A stretch of 59,892 bases of DNA, taken from the IMG/VR virus record IMGVR_UViG_3300031864_000001, positions 1-59,892 of that record; one strand, 5' to 3'. The DNA comes from a virus. Its lineage: Duplodnaviria > Caudoviricetes. The stretch's first letter is position 1. Each line of letters opens with the position of its first letter. The notes below the pieces were generated by a model. It worked only from the letters and a program-made list of their open reading frames with translations, did no database searches and was not told the origin of the DNA. Below, piece by piece: positions 26,083-34,855 of this stretch. The translations under genes were made by a program, and so were the position numbers.

Positions 26083-26397
26083 ATGGAGAGACCAAATATA
26101 TACAGTGAAAAATACCAAGGAATGCCGTCTGCCGTTATAGAAGATCAAGAAGAATATATCAATTACCTCGAATCCCGCCTCAAGAAAGCAGAGGCGAAGG
26201 TGGAGAAAGCCATTACCATTACCGTTGAAGATTGCGAAAATTGGGTCTGTTTTTCAAAAGTAAGAGGTCATAATTGTTATGCTTGCTCCATGAGAAAGGG
26301 TTATCCATTCAGGGGACAACCGGACAATAAGCGTGAAAGATTTAAATTAAAACAAACCCTTAAGGAGGACGACCATGAAAAAGAAGAAGGTCATTAG
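26083..26397 (+). CDS. Hypothetical protein (paralog of previous gene, Cys-rich variable part)
   Basis: MERP...LESRLKK...TLKE. Confidence 0.7.
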   Translation: MERPNIYSEKYQGMPSAVIEDQEEYINYLESRLKKAEAKVEKAITITVEDCENWVCFSKVRGHNCYACSMRKGYPFRGQPDNKRERFKLKQTLKEDDHEKEEGH

Positions 26398-26566
26398 ATT
26401 TTTAAAAGATGTCATAGTTAATCATGAGTATTGGGCATGGCGATTTAAAAAATACCCGAAACTTGAAAAGAAATATGTCGCCACAGGTGAGTGGGATGAT
26501 GCAAAAATGCAAAGGAAGCATGTTAAGCGATATAAGCAAATCATAAGTTACATAAAAAAATTATAG
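26375..26566 (+). CDS. Basic hypothetical protein
   Basis: RBS AAGGAGG. Confidence 0.65.
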   Translation: MKKKKVIRFLKDVIVNHEYWAWRFKKYPKLEKKYVATGEWDDAKMQRKHVKRYKQIISYIKKL

Positions 26567-26953
26567 GGCAACAACCCCTTCACTCGGCTAGGTGGGGTTG
26601 GGGTGAGGAAAGGAGGAAGCACGAGAGTGTGTAGAGAAAATCAAAGTTTATGGAAAGGAATAGCCTTGTGTTTTAATGGCTTTGATAAATGGTATTATCT
26701 TAAAAGATTGTTTCGGCTTGTCTTTTATGGTAATGGATATTTCTGGCATGACACGCTAGGAAGGTATATTAATCGATGGTTCATTTGTCCTTTAATCGGA
26801 CATAGAAATATTCGCTATCTTGATAATGGTGGTTGTCGTGGGGAGCAACCTTATTATCATTGTTTTGATTGTGAACAGAGAATTAACTTAAAGAAAATTT
26901 AACCCCTAGACAGTAGGGCAACAACCCCTTCACTCGGCTAGGTGGGGTTGGGG
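26564..26953 (+). repeat. 40-bp perfect direct repeat B with hairpin, x2
   Basis: TAGGGCAACAACCCCTTCACTCGGCTAGGTGGGGTTGGGG at 26564-26603 and 26914-26953; CAACCCC/GGGGTTG stem. Confidence 0.95.
26603..26902 (+). CDS. Hypothetical protein (C...GH...CxxC type)
   Basis: ICPLIGH...CFDCE; lies between the B repeats. Confidence 0.65.
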   Translation: MRKGGSTRVCRENQSLWKGIALCFNGFDKWYYLKRLFRLVFYGNGYFWHDTLGRYINRWFICPLIGHRNIRYLDNGGCRGEQPYYHCFDCEQRINLKKI

Positions 26954-26967
26954 AGAAAGGAAAAATT

Positions 26968-27384
26968 ATGGATAGAAGAAAAGCAATAAAACATATAATA
27001 AGTATAATAGGGGGCGTACCTATAATATCAAAATTAGGTATTTGTGGAAACAAAGATGATGAACCATTAATTTGTAAACAAAAGTTTTTTAGAGGTCAAA
27101 CCGTCAAAATAATAAGAGCCCTTCCTGCCGATATGAATCATTTTGAACCTGGTGTAAGGGCCATTATTGAGTATAGCTATTCGGATCGTTATGGCGGAAA
27201 CGACACTGGAAGTTATTCCTTATTGCTTTTAGAGCCTTATCCTCATTCTGTAGCATGGTATGAAGAAAATCAACTTATACTTATTAATTCAGATCGGGGT
27301 ATAGGAGAAAAAATATTACAAAATTATAAAGAGAATAATTTACGGCGGTATATTCAATATGTTTATCGTATGACGGCACAGTGA
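26968..27384 (+). CDS. Hypothetical protein with twin-arginine-like N-terminus
   Basis: MDRRKAIK plus hydrophobic stretch; VAWYEENQL SH3-like region. Confidence 0.65.
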   Translation: MDRRKAIKHIISIIGGVPIISKLGICGNKDDEPLICKQKFFRGQTVKIIRALPADMNHFEPGVRAIIEYSYSDRYGGNDTGSYSLLLLEPYPHSVAWYEENQLILINSDRGIGEKILQNYKENNLRRYIQYVYRMTAQ

Positions 27385-27421
27385 GTCTAGTTTCACGCCT
27401 GCAAGATGAAAGGAGACGGAG

Positions 27422-27844
27422 ATGAAAAAGATAATATTTGTTTTGGTAATGTTAATGATAGCAAGTTTTTCTTTCGGAAAAGCATATAACTGGAAATTAC
27501 CAGATAATTCGATTCCCAAAGAATACCCCGATTACCTTTTGGTAATTAGATATTGGGGCTCAAAGCTTCAACAAGAAGGGGATATAGCATATTCTATACA
27601 GACATGGATATATTCTTATGAAGTCTATGATAGCCTTGATGAAGTGATAAATCGCTTAAATACTTATTGTGGACAAGGGATGACGGCAGAAGACAAAGAA
27701 ACAGATTTAGTTGGTTTATGGAGACTAGGCGGGCAAGAGCAGAATATATTAGATAAGGTTATCCAAATAGACGAAATCCCTCATGAAAAAGAAGTTAAAA
27801 TTGAAACCCGTGAATGGATAGAGTATCAATGGAAAAAGAAATAG
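27422..27844 (+). CDS. Secreted hypothetical protein
   Basis: Sec signal MKKIIFVLVMLMIASFSFG; RBS AAAGGAG. Confidence 0.75.
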   Translation: MKKIIFVLVMLMIASFSFGKAYNWKLPDNSIPKEYPDYLLVIRYWGSKLQQEGDIAYSIQTWIYSYEVYDSLDEVINRLNTYCGQGMTAEDKETDLVGLWRLGGQEQNILDKVIQIDEIPHEKEVKIETREWIEYQWKKK

Positions 27845-27895
27845 TGCAGGCCCCCTAGAGGCGGTATATTCAACTAGGTTTTACGCCTGCAAGAT
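27845..27895. terminator. Hairpin at the convergence of the two transcription arms (repeat C)
   Basis: TGCAGGC/GCCTGCA and CCTAG/CTAGG arms; no U-tract, so terminator function is inferred from position. Confidence 0.5.
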
Positions 27896-28053
27896 TATCC
27901 CTTTAATGATTTGCCTACCGCAACACCGAATAACCCTGTCAATGCACTTTGAACGAGTCCCAATGCTTCAACGCTTGGATTCGCAAATATAGCACATAGA
28001 CAGATAATAACAGTTGCCCCAATAACGAGATCTTTATCATCCAAATCTGGCAT
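27895..28053 (-). CDS. 52-aa two-TM holin-like protein
   Basis: Manual translation MPDLDDKDLVIGATVIICLCAIF...GLFGVAVGK; RBS GAGGAGG. Confidence 0.65.
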   Translation of the reverse strand: MPDLDDKDLVIGATVIICLCAIFANPSVEALGLVQSALTGLFGVAVGKSLKG

Positions 28054-28055
28054 TT

Positions 28056-28235
28056 TTATTCCTCCTCATAGGTATCCGGATGAGGAACCCTGTCTGCCAA
28101 GGCCCGGATATCCTCCGCAGTAGGATTATCGGTTTCAAGGGCCGCTAAGATTTTTAAGGTTGCTGGAACACCATATTTTAAAACAAGTTCCAGTATTGTC
28201 ATGCCGACAGTTATTCTCTCTTCTATTTTTCCCAT
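28056..28235 (-). CDS. 59-aa lysis-cassette protein
   Basis: Manual translation ...LVLKYGVPA...PTAEDIRAL; RBS GGAG. Confidence 0.6.
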   Translation of the reverse strand: MGKIEERITVGMTILELVLKYGVPATLKILAALETDNPTAEDIRALADRVPHPDTYEEE

Positions 28236-28237
28236 GA

Positions 28238-28603
28238 CTAATCTCCCTTCAAAAACGGCTGAATATATTTTGTAAGAGTATTAAGGCATTTAATAGCTTC
28301 ATTAATAGCTACATTTACCTTTTCTCTGTTCTCAGCCGAATTAAATGAATCGTAAGCCTCTAATGCCCTTTCTGCTGAATGATAAGCAGCCCAATATTTC
28401 ACGGCTAAATCATAACCCTTTTCTTTATCCGCGTCAGATATCAAACCTTTCTTATGTAATTCAAGAAAAGCTGGATAACCTTCTTCATAGCCTGTTGCGG
28501 CTATATCTAAAGTTTGGTACGATGCAGCCCGGAAATTTGATGCGCAGGCCATTAAGAAAAATACGAAAAATAAAAACATTGTATAAAATTTCAATTTCCT
28601 CAT
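28238..28603 (-). CDS. Lipoprotein, spanin candidate
   Basis: Lipobox LMAC after a hydrophobic signal; helical body; follows the endolysin. Confidence 0.7.
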   Translation of the reverse strand: MRKLKFYTMFLFFVFFLMACASNFRAASYQTLDIAATGYEEGYPAFLELHKKGLISDADKEKGYDLAVKYWAAYHSAERALEAYDSFNSAENREKVNVAINEAIKCLNTLTKYIQPFLKGD

Positions 28604-28646
28604 GGTTCTTTTCCTCCTATGTTAAAAGATTAATTTGTCTTCGATA

Positions 28647-29231
28647 TCATTGTCTAAACGGATCAATAAAACCCTTGATTCCGGTTCTGGTACGAAAAGG
28701 CCGGATCTTGATATATGCGTTCTGGTCAATAGCCTCTTTTTCCGACTTCGTCCCGCTACCTCCGCCAGAAGCACCTATTGAAAGTTCATTGTTAATGCAA
28801 ATCTCAACATGAATCGCCTTATTAGAATCGTTTTGCCAAAACACGAGGCAACCAGACCGGGGCTTTTGCACTTCTTTATCTTTTAATAATTCCCATAAGC
28901 CCTGTGCTGTCCAGTCTCCCCCTCTAGGCAAAACATCAACGCTTTTAAGTAGCTCAATAGCATAGCCTGAACAATCAAAGCCCTGCATAGGATCATCACC
29001 ACCCCAATAATAGGGCTTGCCTAAATAAGCCCATGCTATTTTAATGGCTATATCTCTTTTTTCTTCCATTGTTATCATGTATCTCTTTAGCCTCCTTATT
29101 GTTTTCAGCATTGCATTGGCATGCTCTTCGGCTTTGTCCGATGCTCCATTTTCCAAGCAAAGCAGAATTAACTTGATCGAATACTCAAAATGAGAAATTA
29201 GATTGCTGTATTGTCGAACAGCCATTATCAT
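28647..29231 (-). CDS. NlpC/P60 peptidase (endolysin candidate)
   Basis: YLGKPYYWGG, GFDCSG, LVFW, HVEI. Confidence 0.85.
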   Translation of the reverse strand: MIMAVRQYSNLISHFEYSIKLILLCLENGASDKAEEHANAMLKTIRRLKRYMITMEEKRDIAIKIAWAYLGKPYYWGGDDPMQGFDCSGYAIELLKSVDVLPRGGDWTAQGLWELLKDKEVQKPRSGCLVFWQNDSNKAIHVEICINNELSIGASGGGSGTKSEKEAIDQNAYIKIRPFRTRTGIKGFIDPFRQ

Positions 29232-29518
29232 TCTTTTTCTAATTGGGTTTTAATCACTGCAATATCGGTCTTCATCTCTCCGAATTCCGACAAGATCTCC
29301 TTATTGGAACCATAGAGAAGGGTGAATAATGTACCCATCAAGCCGAACATAATAACAATTACCGTAACCATTACAGCCCAGGAAGCCTTCTTGCTTATTG
29401 CGGACCATAAATGTTCAAGGGTGCCATTAGGATCAGTCATCTTTGTTTTCCAATTACACAATTCAACCACCTTTTGTTTGATCCCACCCCATTGTTGGAC
29501 GATCTCTTGGTTATCCAT
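29228..29518 (-). CDS. Holin-like single-TM protein
   Basis: One TM (WAVMVTVIVIMFGLMGTLFTLLY); upstream of endolysin. Confidence 0.55.
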   Translation of the reverse strand: MDNQEIVQQWGGIKQKVVELCNWKTKMTDPNGTLEHLWSAISKKASWAVMVTVIVIMFGLMGTLFTLLYGSNKEILSEFGEMKTDIAVIKTQLEKE

Positions 29519-29519
29519 T

Positions 29520-32500
29520 TCACTTTCCTCCAGCTAATTGGGCTTTAAGGTTGTCAATTTCTGCCTGCTGGTCTTGGATTAATTGATATAGTTGCTGTAT
29601 CGCCACGACATTCATACTTATTGAAGCCCCCAGGTCCCTTCTCTCTTCCGTTTCTGTTCCTAAATAGATTTCCTGATAGACCACGCCATCTTCCTTGCGG
29701 AGCATCCCATCACCGGCCTTTTGATAGAGCTTTCCAGTATCTCGGTCAAAATAAACATCTTTTTTTAATTGCGTCTCAGGAACCATTTCTGTCTGATAAA
29801 CAGGTTCTCGCCTGGTTCTCTCGATAACCTCACCGTCCTCTATCGTATAACCTTCGGAGATTTCGTCATAGCCTAATAATACTGGCTCTCTTTCGATTCT
29901 TCTCTCACCACTTTCCTCATTAATAACCTCTTTTTCTTCTAATACATTCCTTTCCACATAAGCGGTCTCAAAAGCCTCATTACTTGATATTTCTTGAAGT
30001 TCTACGTCCTCAAAAATTGGTTTCACTCCTGAATGTCTTACAAACTCAGGTAAGGTCGAATGATCTATTTGTCTGCCCTTACCTCTTATCTTAGCAATCT
30101 CACTGAGGGCATCACCTTCAAAATAAGGTGTTCTATCAGTGATTGGATCTCCTGATATTTCTCCAGTGCCATATACAAGTCCTTGAAAATAGCCTGCATA
30201 ATTGGTAGTTGCCCCTTGCGCCACTGCGTATACACCATAATTGGTAGTGCCAGCCCCTGTCGCCGTTCCATATAATGCAGTATTGTTTGAACCCGCTCCC
30301 AACTGTTGGGCATATATTGCAGTTGAACCATTGCTAGAAGTAGAGCCCATAATAGCCCCTGTGCCGTCCGCTATAACATCAAGAGCATACTCGGGTGTAG
30401 TATCGCCGATGCCGACGTTACCTAATGTGCTTCCACCTTCAATTGTTAATACTGGGGTATTAGCAGAGCCGTGTGCGATAGTAAAGTCTCTTGCTCCGGT
30501 TTGGTCACGAGTATTATAATGAATCGTTGTCTGTTTTCCACCTTCAAAATGGCTAAACCCGTTAGTATCTGTTCTCATTCCTGTAATATCCGAGTGGGAT
30601 TCTGATAACAATTGATCTGAATTTGTATTGAACCCGACATATTTCGCACTTTCAGGAGATTTAATCACAAGCCCAAGCCCCGGACTCGTCGTCCCGATGC
30701 CGACCCTGCCACCGTTGAAATATGAATCACCAGAACCAAGTAAACGTATTGTTTCTGTTTCGGAAGAATCATAAATACTAACTCTTCCGTGATTTGAGTT
30801 AGTTGAAACTACAAAAATTTGTCTATTTGAATTATCAGAATTTTTAATCTGAATCATTCCCGATGATACTGGAGCAATAACTCTAAGCAAACCGCCAATT
30901 ACATCCAACTTTGCCCCCGGACTCGTCGTCCCGATGCCGACGTTGCTCGTTGTACTAATATCTCCATTAGTCGAATCAAATGTCCATCCATCAGCACCAG
31001 AGACACCCATGAAGCCGCCGTCGGGAATGTAGAGGTTGGCAAAAGTAGGGCTTGCATCAGTCGTCAAATCCTGATTAAGCAAAGAGGCACTTTCGACTGT
31101 CAACCCACCAGACAAGGAAATGGTTTGTCCCTGAACACTTGTTAAATTGGCAAGCGTGTCTATCGCCGGTTCAATTTCAGCTTCCGTATCAAGAGTACCA
31201 GCACCACTCAGAGAATCATGATCTATTTCACCATCTTGCACAACTCCAGAGATTAAAGGAGTTCCATCATCATAAGTGAAAACGATCTCCCCTACTGTGC
31301 CATCATCAAGATTAAGGCCTACCGCATCCTGGGCCTCTTCATCTGTATATGCTCCTGGTCCGGCATCAAACACAAATTCTCCTGCTATATCATCCCACAT
31401 GAGATATTCGTCAGCGTCAGGATCGGCAGGGAAGATAGTATCAGAGCCACCTACTTCCAGGATGGATTCATCTATATCGAAAGTGCCATCACTTGCTATA
31501 GAGCCATCTCCTGCAAATAAAACAGGGTTGAAATTAGCGCCATCAGCAACAAGAATGTTTCCGTCATAATTAGTGTGCATAGTGAGATCGTTACCATCTA
31601 TTGTCAAATCTCCACCAAGCCAAGTGTTGCCTGTCCCTCCATCTACCACCAGAGCATCTGTATGTGTATTGGATTCCACCCGGAAATCTATGTCCCTTCC
31701 CTGCCCATTGATGGTTACTTCACCTTCACCCACAGAACCATTATAGCCTGATATCTCAAACAAATTGGCTTCAGTGTCGTCAATGGCCACCATGAAAGTA
31801 AAACCACCGGCCCTGTCCCCGTTTGTGACATCCTTTGTTTCGCCCAGGAGATATCCATACCGTTCTTTGACGCTTGTGGAGGTTTCACCATAAATATCTA
31901 TGGCCATAACATCATCATCGTCTGCCGGACTGGCTGAATTCTTATAAAACTGGATAGAGGTAAGATTCGGGTCCGCATTAGTGTTTTCGAGTTTTATTAT
32001 AGGCTCATTCGGGTCGCTGCTGAATAGAGATAATTCAGTCCCCATTATGACATCACCGGAAACAGTGAGGTCCCCTTCTATATATCCGTCTCCATCAACT
32101 TCCAGATCATCTTTTATTAAAAGGTCATCTGTGCCGTCTATGCTTGTAACTGTGCCACCACCCACATCAAGGGTTGCAGCCGGCGTAGCATCTCCAATTC
32201 CAACGTTACCCGTAGCACCGTCAATAACAAAGGCATTAGCAGAACCGGATGCTTCTATTCTGAAATCCCTATCGGCTCCGCTTTCATTTAATACTATTTC
32301 TCTTGCAGACATTTTGATGGCAGTTTCAAGTTCACCATTTCTTGCAACCTCATAAAGAACAGCCCCCTCTTCTTCCCCATCAGTAATGTCCTCCGCTATA
32401 ATGGTAGTACGCGCATATTCGTAAGAATCATTATTATCGTTATTCATCCGATACCAAATATACATCGTGTCATTATTTGTAGGCGTGTCTCTTTTTCCTT

Positions 32501-33068
32501 CTAAATTAAGGATAGAAACATTCGCATTATCTTCTATATTTAATATATGAAGGGTAGCTGTGGGAAGCTCTGTTCCTATACCAATATTGTTTGTTAGTTG
32601 GAATATTAAACTATCAGCCAAAGCCCCTATACCGACATAAGGTAAATATCCATCTGTTAAACCGGTTAGATCCAGGCCTGCAAATGTAGGAGAAGCATCT
32701 GTAGTGTAATCCTGATCTAATGTGCTTATTGACTCAACAGTCAACCCGTCAAGTAAGGATATAGTTTGACCTTGAATACTGGTAAGATTAAGAAGGGTAT
32801 CAATAGCGGGTTCTATCTCTGCTTCGGTGTCTAATGTTCCTGCACCCGTAATATCGTCGTGATCTAAGGCAGATTCCAGAGTATTCTCTGTAGTGCCGTC
32901 AATATTATCCAAACCGTTTAGGTGGCTATCCCCCTGCATATCTAAGCTAATAACATCTATTGCTTTAGCTGTTGCCCCTTCGACGACTAATTGTCCATCA
33001 TCACAAAAGGCTGGAGTAGAAAAGAGAAGCAAAAACAGTAAAATTATAAATGATTTAAATTTATCCAT
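29520..33068 (-). CDS. Tail fibre/adhesin with VGIGT repeats and C-terminal chaperone-like domain
   Basis: Five (V/I)GIG(T/D) repeats; C-terminal TDRTP...IDHSTLPEF...coiled coil resembling peptidase S74; N-terminal signal-like peptide. Confidence 0.8.
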   Translation of the reverse strand: MDKFKSFIILLFLLLFSTPAFCDDGQLVVEGATAKAIDVISLDMQGDSHLNGLDNIDGTTENTLESALDHDDITGAGTLDTEAEIEPAIDTLLNLTSIQGQTISLLDGLTVESISTLDQDYTTDASPTFAGLDLTGLTDGYLPYVGIGALADSLIFQLTNNIGIGTELPTATLHILNIEDNANVSILNLEGKRDTPTNNDTMYIWYRMNNDNNDSYEYARTTIIAEDITDGEEEGAVLYEVARNGELETAIKMSAREIVLNESGADRDFRIEASGSANAFVIDGATGNVGIGDATPAATLDVGGGTVTSIDGTDDLLIKDDLEVDGDGYIEGDLTVSGDVIMGTELSLFSSDPNEPIIKLENTNADPNLTSIQFYKNSASPADDDDVMAIDIYGETSTSVKERYGYLLGETKDVTNGDRAGGFTFMVAIDDTEANLFEISGYNGSVGEGEVTINGQGRDIDFRVESNTHTDALVVDGGTGNTWLGGDLTIDGNDLTMHTNYDGNILVADGANFNPVLFAGDGSIASDGTFDIDESILEVGGSDTIFPADPDADEYLMWDDIAGEFVFDAGPGAYTDEEAQDAVGLNLDDGTVGEIVFTYDDGTPLISGVVQDGEIDHDSLSGAGTLDTEAEIEPAIDTLANLTSVQGQTISLSGGLTVESASLLNQDLTTDASPTFANLYIPDGGFMGVSGADGWTFDSTNGDISTTSNVGIGTTSPGAKLDVIGGLLRVIAPVSSGMIQIKNSDNSNRQIFVVSTNSNHGRVSIYDSSETETIRLLGSGDSYFNGGRVGIGTTSPGLGLVIKSPESAKYVGFNTNSDQLLSESHSDITGMRTDTNGFSHFEGGKQTTIHYNTRDQTGARDFTIAHGSANTPVLTIEGGSTLGNVGIGDTTPEYALDVIADGTGAIMGSTSSNGSTAIYAQQLGAGSNNTALYGTATGAGTTNYGVYAVAQGATTNYAGYFQGLVYGTGEISGDPITDRTPYFEGDALSEIAKIRGKGRQIDHSTLPEFVRHSGVKPIFEDVELQEISSNEAFETAYVERNVLEEKEVINEESGERRIEREPVLLGYDEISEGYTIEDGEVIERTRREPVYQTEMVPETQLKKDVYFDRDTGKLYQKAGDGMLRKEDGVVYQEIYLGTETEERRDLGASISMNVVAIQQLYQLIQDQQAEIDNLKAQLAGGK
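30678..30941. repeat. 27-bp perfect direct repeat in the fibre gene
   Basis: CCCCGGACTCGTCGTCCCGATGCCGAC at 30678-30704 and 30915-30941; 11-bp core again at 30408-30418. Confidence 0.92.
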
Positions 33069-33077
33069 AATAACCCC

Positions 33078-33407
33078 CTATTGATTTGATGATCGTGATT
33101 CTTCCGAGCACGAATTCACACCATCACAGATTAAACGTAGTTTGCTTTTTCCCGTAAGAACAAAATCGAGTCCCCTCAACAGATCAAATTTAGCTCCGTC
33201 CTTCACAGTTATAGTATCTCCTGCGTCAGCCTCCAGGGTCACTTCCTCCCCTTCAGATAAGCCAACTATCTGGTCGAGATCGTCTTCTACGCCTGCTTCC
33301 GCACATAACGTTATTTTGCCCGGGCCTGTTACCGTCGCCACATCATCTGAAATCGTTACAATTTGGTTGTCCGACGTATAAGCCAGCTTTTTCCATGTAA
33401 CAGCCAT
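33078..33407 (-). CDS. Small virion/fibre-associated protein (MAVTWKKLAY family)
   Basis: First 10 aa identical to 33708..34169. Confidence 0.65.
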   Translation of the reverse strand: MAVTWKKLAYTSDNQIVTISDDVATVTGPGKITLCAEAGVEDDLDQIVGLSEGEEVTLEADAGDTITVKDGAKFDLLRGLDFVLTGKSKLRLICDGVNSCSEESRSSNQ

Positions 33408-33412
33408 ATCTG

Positions 33413-33697
33413 TTATTTCCCCTTGCCAAAATATCCTTCCTTTATTTGCTCTAATGCTTCGGTTTTTAACAAATCTAAGACTGTTACTACATGGACTAAG
33501 GGAAGCTGAGAAGTCGCAATAAATACCTCAATCCTGCGGTATAAAAGCTGCATTTGCTTCTCCAGCACATCTTCATATGCCTTGGTTAGATCCCTTATCT
33601 TGATTATCTGTTCATCAGCTTGCTTAATCGGATCAGGCTCAACAGGTGCCTTCTTGCCTTTTTGAGCAGGGACTTTTCGCGCCGCTTTTTGTACCAT
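33413..33697 (-). CDS. Hypothetical protein
   Basis: 94-aa ORF in the late operon. Confidence 0.65.
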   Translation of the reverse strand: MVQKAARKVPAQKGKKAPVEPDPIKQADEQIIKIRDLTKAYEDVLEKQMQLLYRRIEVFIATSQLPLVHVVTVLDLLKTEALEQIKEGYFGKGK

Positions 33698-33707
33698 TAT
33701 AGTTCCC

Positions 33708-34169
33708 TTACGCTGCCACAGTACAGATATACACCGCTAATTCATCTACCTGAAAAACAGCCTTTCCAACAACGGGATCTTCAGCGTCTCGGGCGTCTGA
33801 ATCCGCAACATTATGGATCACAAAATCTGTAAGTTGCTGATCATTGAGATTAAAAGCCGCCGCCGCTTGGCCGCTAAGGTCAGCGAGAACCTCGGAATAT
33901 GATTTGCCCTCAAGACCATTAGCTGTCCATTTAGCATAGTCATCATCCGCTACGGAATCTGAATCAACCTGGACAATATTGTCGTCCGAGATACCAATAG
34001 CAATACCATCTATATTACCGCCGGTCAGACGGCCCACAACTTCCTGTTCAGCAATCGTAAGAGCTAAAGGCGTATTATCGTCATTAGCCGCCAAGATGGT
34101 ATTGGCATCGAAATCAGCCTCAAGGACAACATCATCCTCATATGCCAACTTTTTCCATGTTACTGCCAT
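33708..34169 (-). CDS. Small fibre-like protein (MAVTWKKLAY family)
   Basis: VVGRLTGG; C-terminal VYICT motif shared with 34399..34845. Confidence 0.65.
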   Translation of the reverse strand: MAVTWKKLAYEDDVVLEADFDANTILAANDDNTPLALTIAEQEVVGRLTGGNIDGIAIGISDDNIVQVDSDSVADDDYAKWTANGLEGKSYSEVLADLSGQAAAAFNLNDQQLTDFVIHNVADSDARDAEDPVVGKAVFQVDELAVYICTVAA

Positions 34170-34395
34170 TTTCGTTCTCCTTTCTTAGTTTTTTTAAAGC
34201 ATGGTAATTTCTCATATACTTATCAAAAGTGTTTTTCATTAGGACCTCAACGCTATTAAAACCTCTTTCCAGAGCCATATTAGACGCATCTTCATAAGTC
34301 TCGGGCAGAATAGAGAAGGATACGGAATCCTTTTCTTGCTCTTCTGTCTCTTCCGGCTCATTTTCCGGTTCGTCTAAATCCCACATTTTTAACAC
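34138..34395 (-). CDS. Putative ribbon-helix-helix protein
   Basis: RBS AGGAGG; VSFSILPETYE...GFNSVEVLM. Confidence 0.5.
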   Translation of the reverse strand: MLKMWDLDEPENEPEETEEQEKDSVSFSILPETYEDASNMALERGFNSVEVLMKNTFDKYMRNYHALKKLRKENENGSNMEKVGI

Positions 34396-34398
34396 CTC

Positions 34399-34845
34399 CT
34401 ATGAATCATCAGTACAGACATATACGGATTTATCAAGTCCACAGTAATACATGCCCCCCTCTTCATCATTCAAGGCTGCGTCTCTCGGCTCAAGGACAAT
34501 TTGAGGGACCTTTGTTTGTCCGTCATTCCCAAGAACTACGTTATCTATCCATTCGGACAATTCCGCATATTCGTTTTCTGTCAAATGATAAAATTCATCT
34601 ACAGCCCCACCCTGGAGCCCTGATAATTCGTTATGATCAACTGCCTCAGAAAGCGCATTATAAATTGTTTTACTGTTAAGAATTAGGTCTTCAAGGTTTT
34701 CTTCCGTCAGCCATTTATTTGGATATCTTCCTGTGCTATTTTTAGGTCCTCGCTGACCTATCCCAATTTCTGCGATTTCCTTCAAGGCCCTCAAACACGC
34801 CTGAATGTTCTTTGGGTCTGGTATAGATGGGTGCTTGATTTCCAT
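34399..34845 (-). CDS. Tail fibre adaptor-like protein
   Basis: PSIP...LRALKE...GQRG N-terminus; HNELSGLQGG; VYVCT. Confidence 0.6.
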   Translation of the reverse strand: MEIKHPSIPDPKNIQACLRALKEIAEIGIGQRGPKNSTGRYPNKWLTEENLEDLILNSKTIYNALSEAVDHNELSGLQGGAVDEFYHLTENEYAELSEWIDNVVLGNDGQTKVPQIVLEPRDAALNDEEGGMYYCGLDKSVYVCTDDS

Positions 34846-34855
34846 AAATTATGCC

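Noticed and set aside
26564-26953. 40-bp repeats as a CRISPR array
   Set aside because: Only two copies, 310 bp apart with a gene between; no cas operon
23998-27895. Canonical integron
   Set aside because: Recombinase shows no IntI-specific insertion; repeats are shorter than attC sites and lack a proper RYYYAAC/GTTRRRY pair
29520-33068. Diversity-generating retroelement targeting the fibre
   Set aside because: No reverse transcriptase and no adenine-specific TR/VR pair seen
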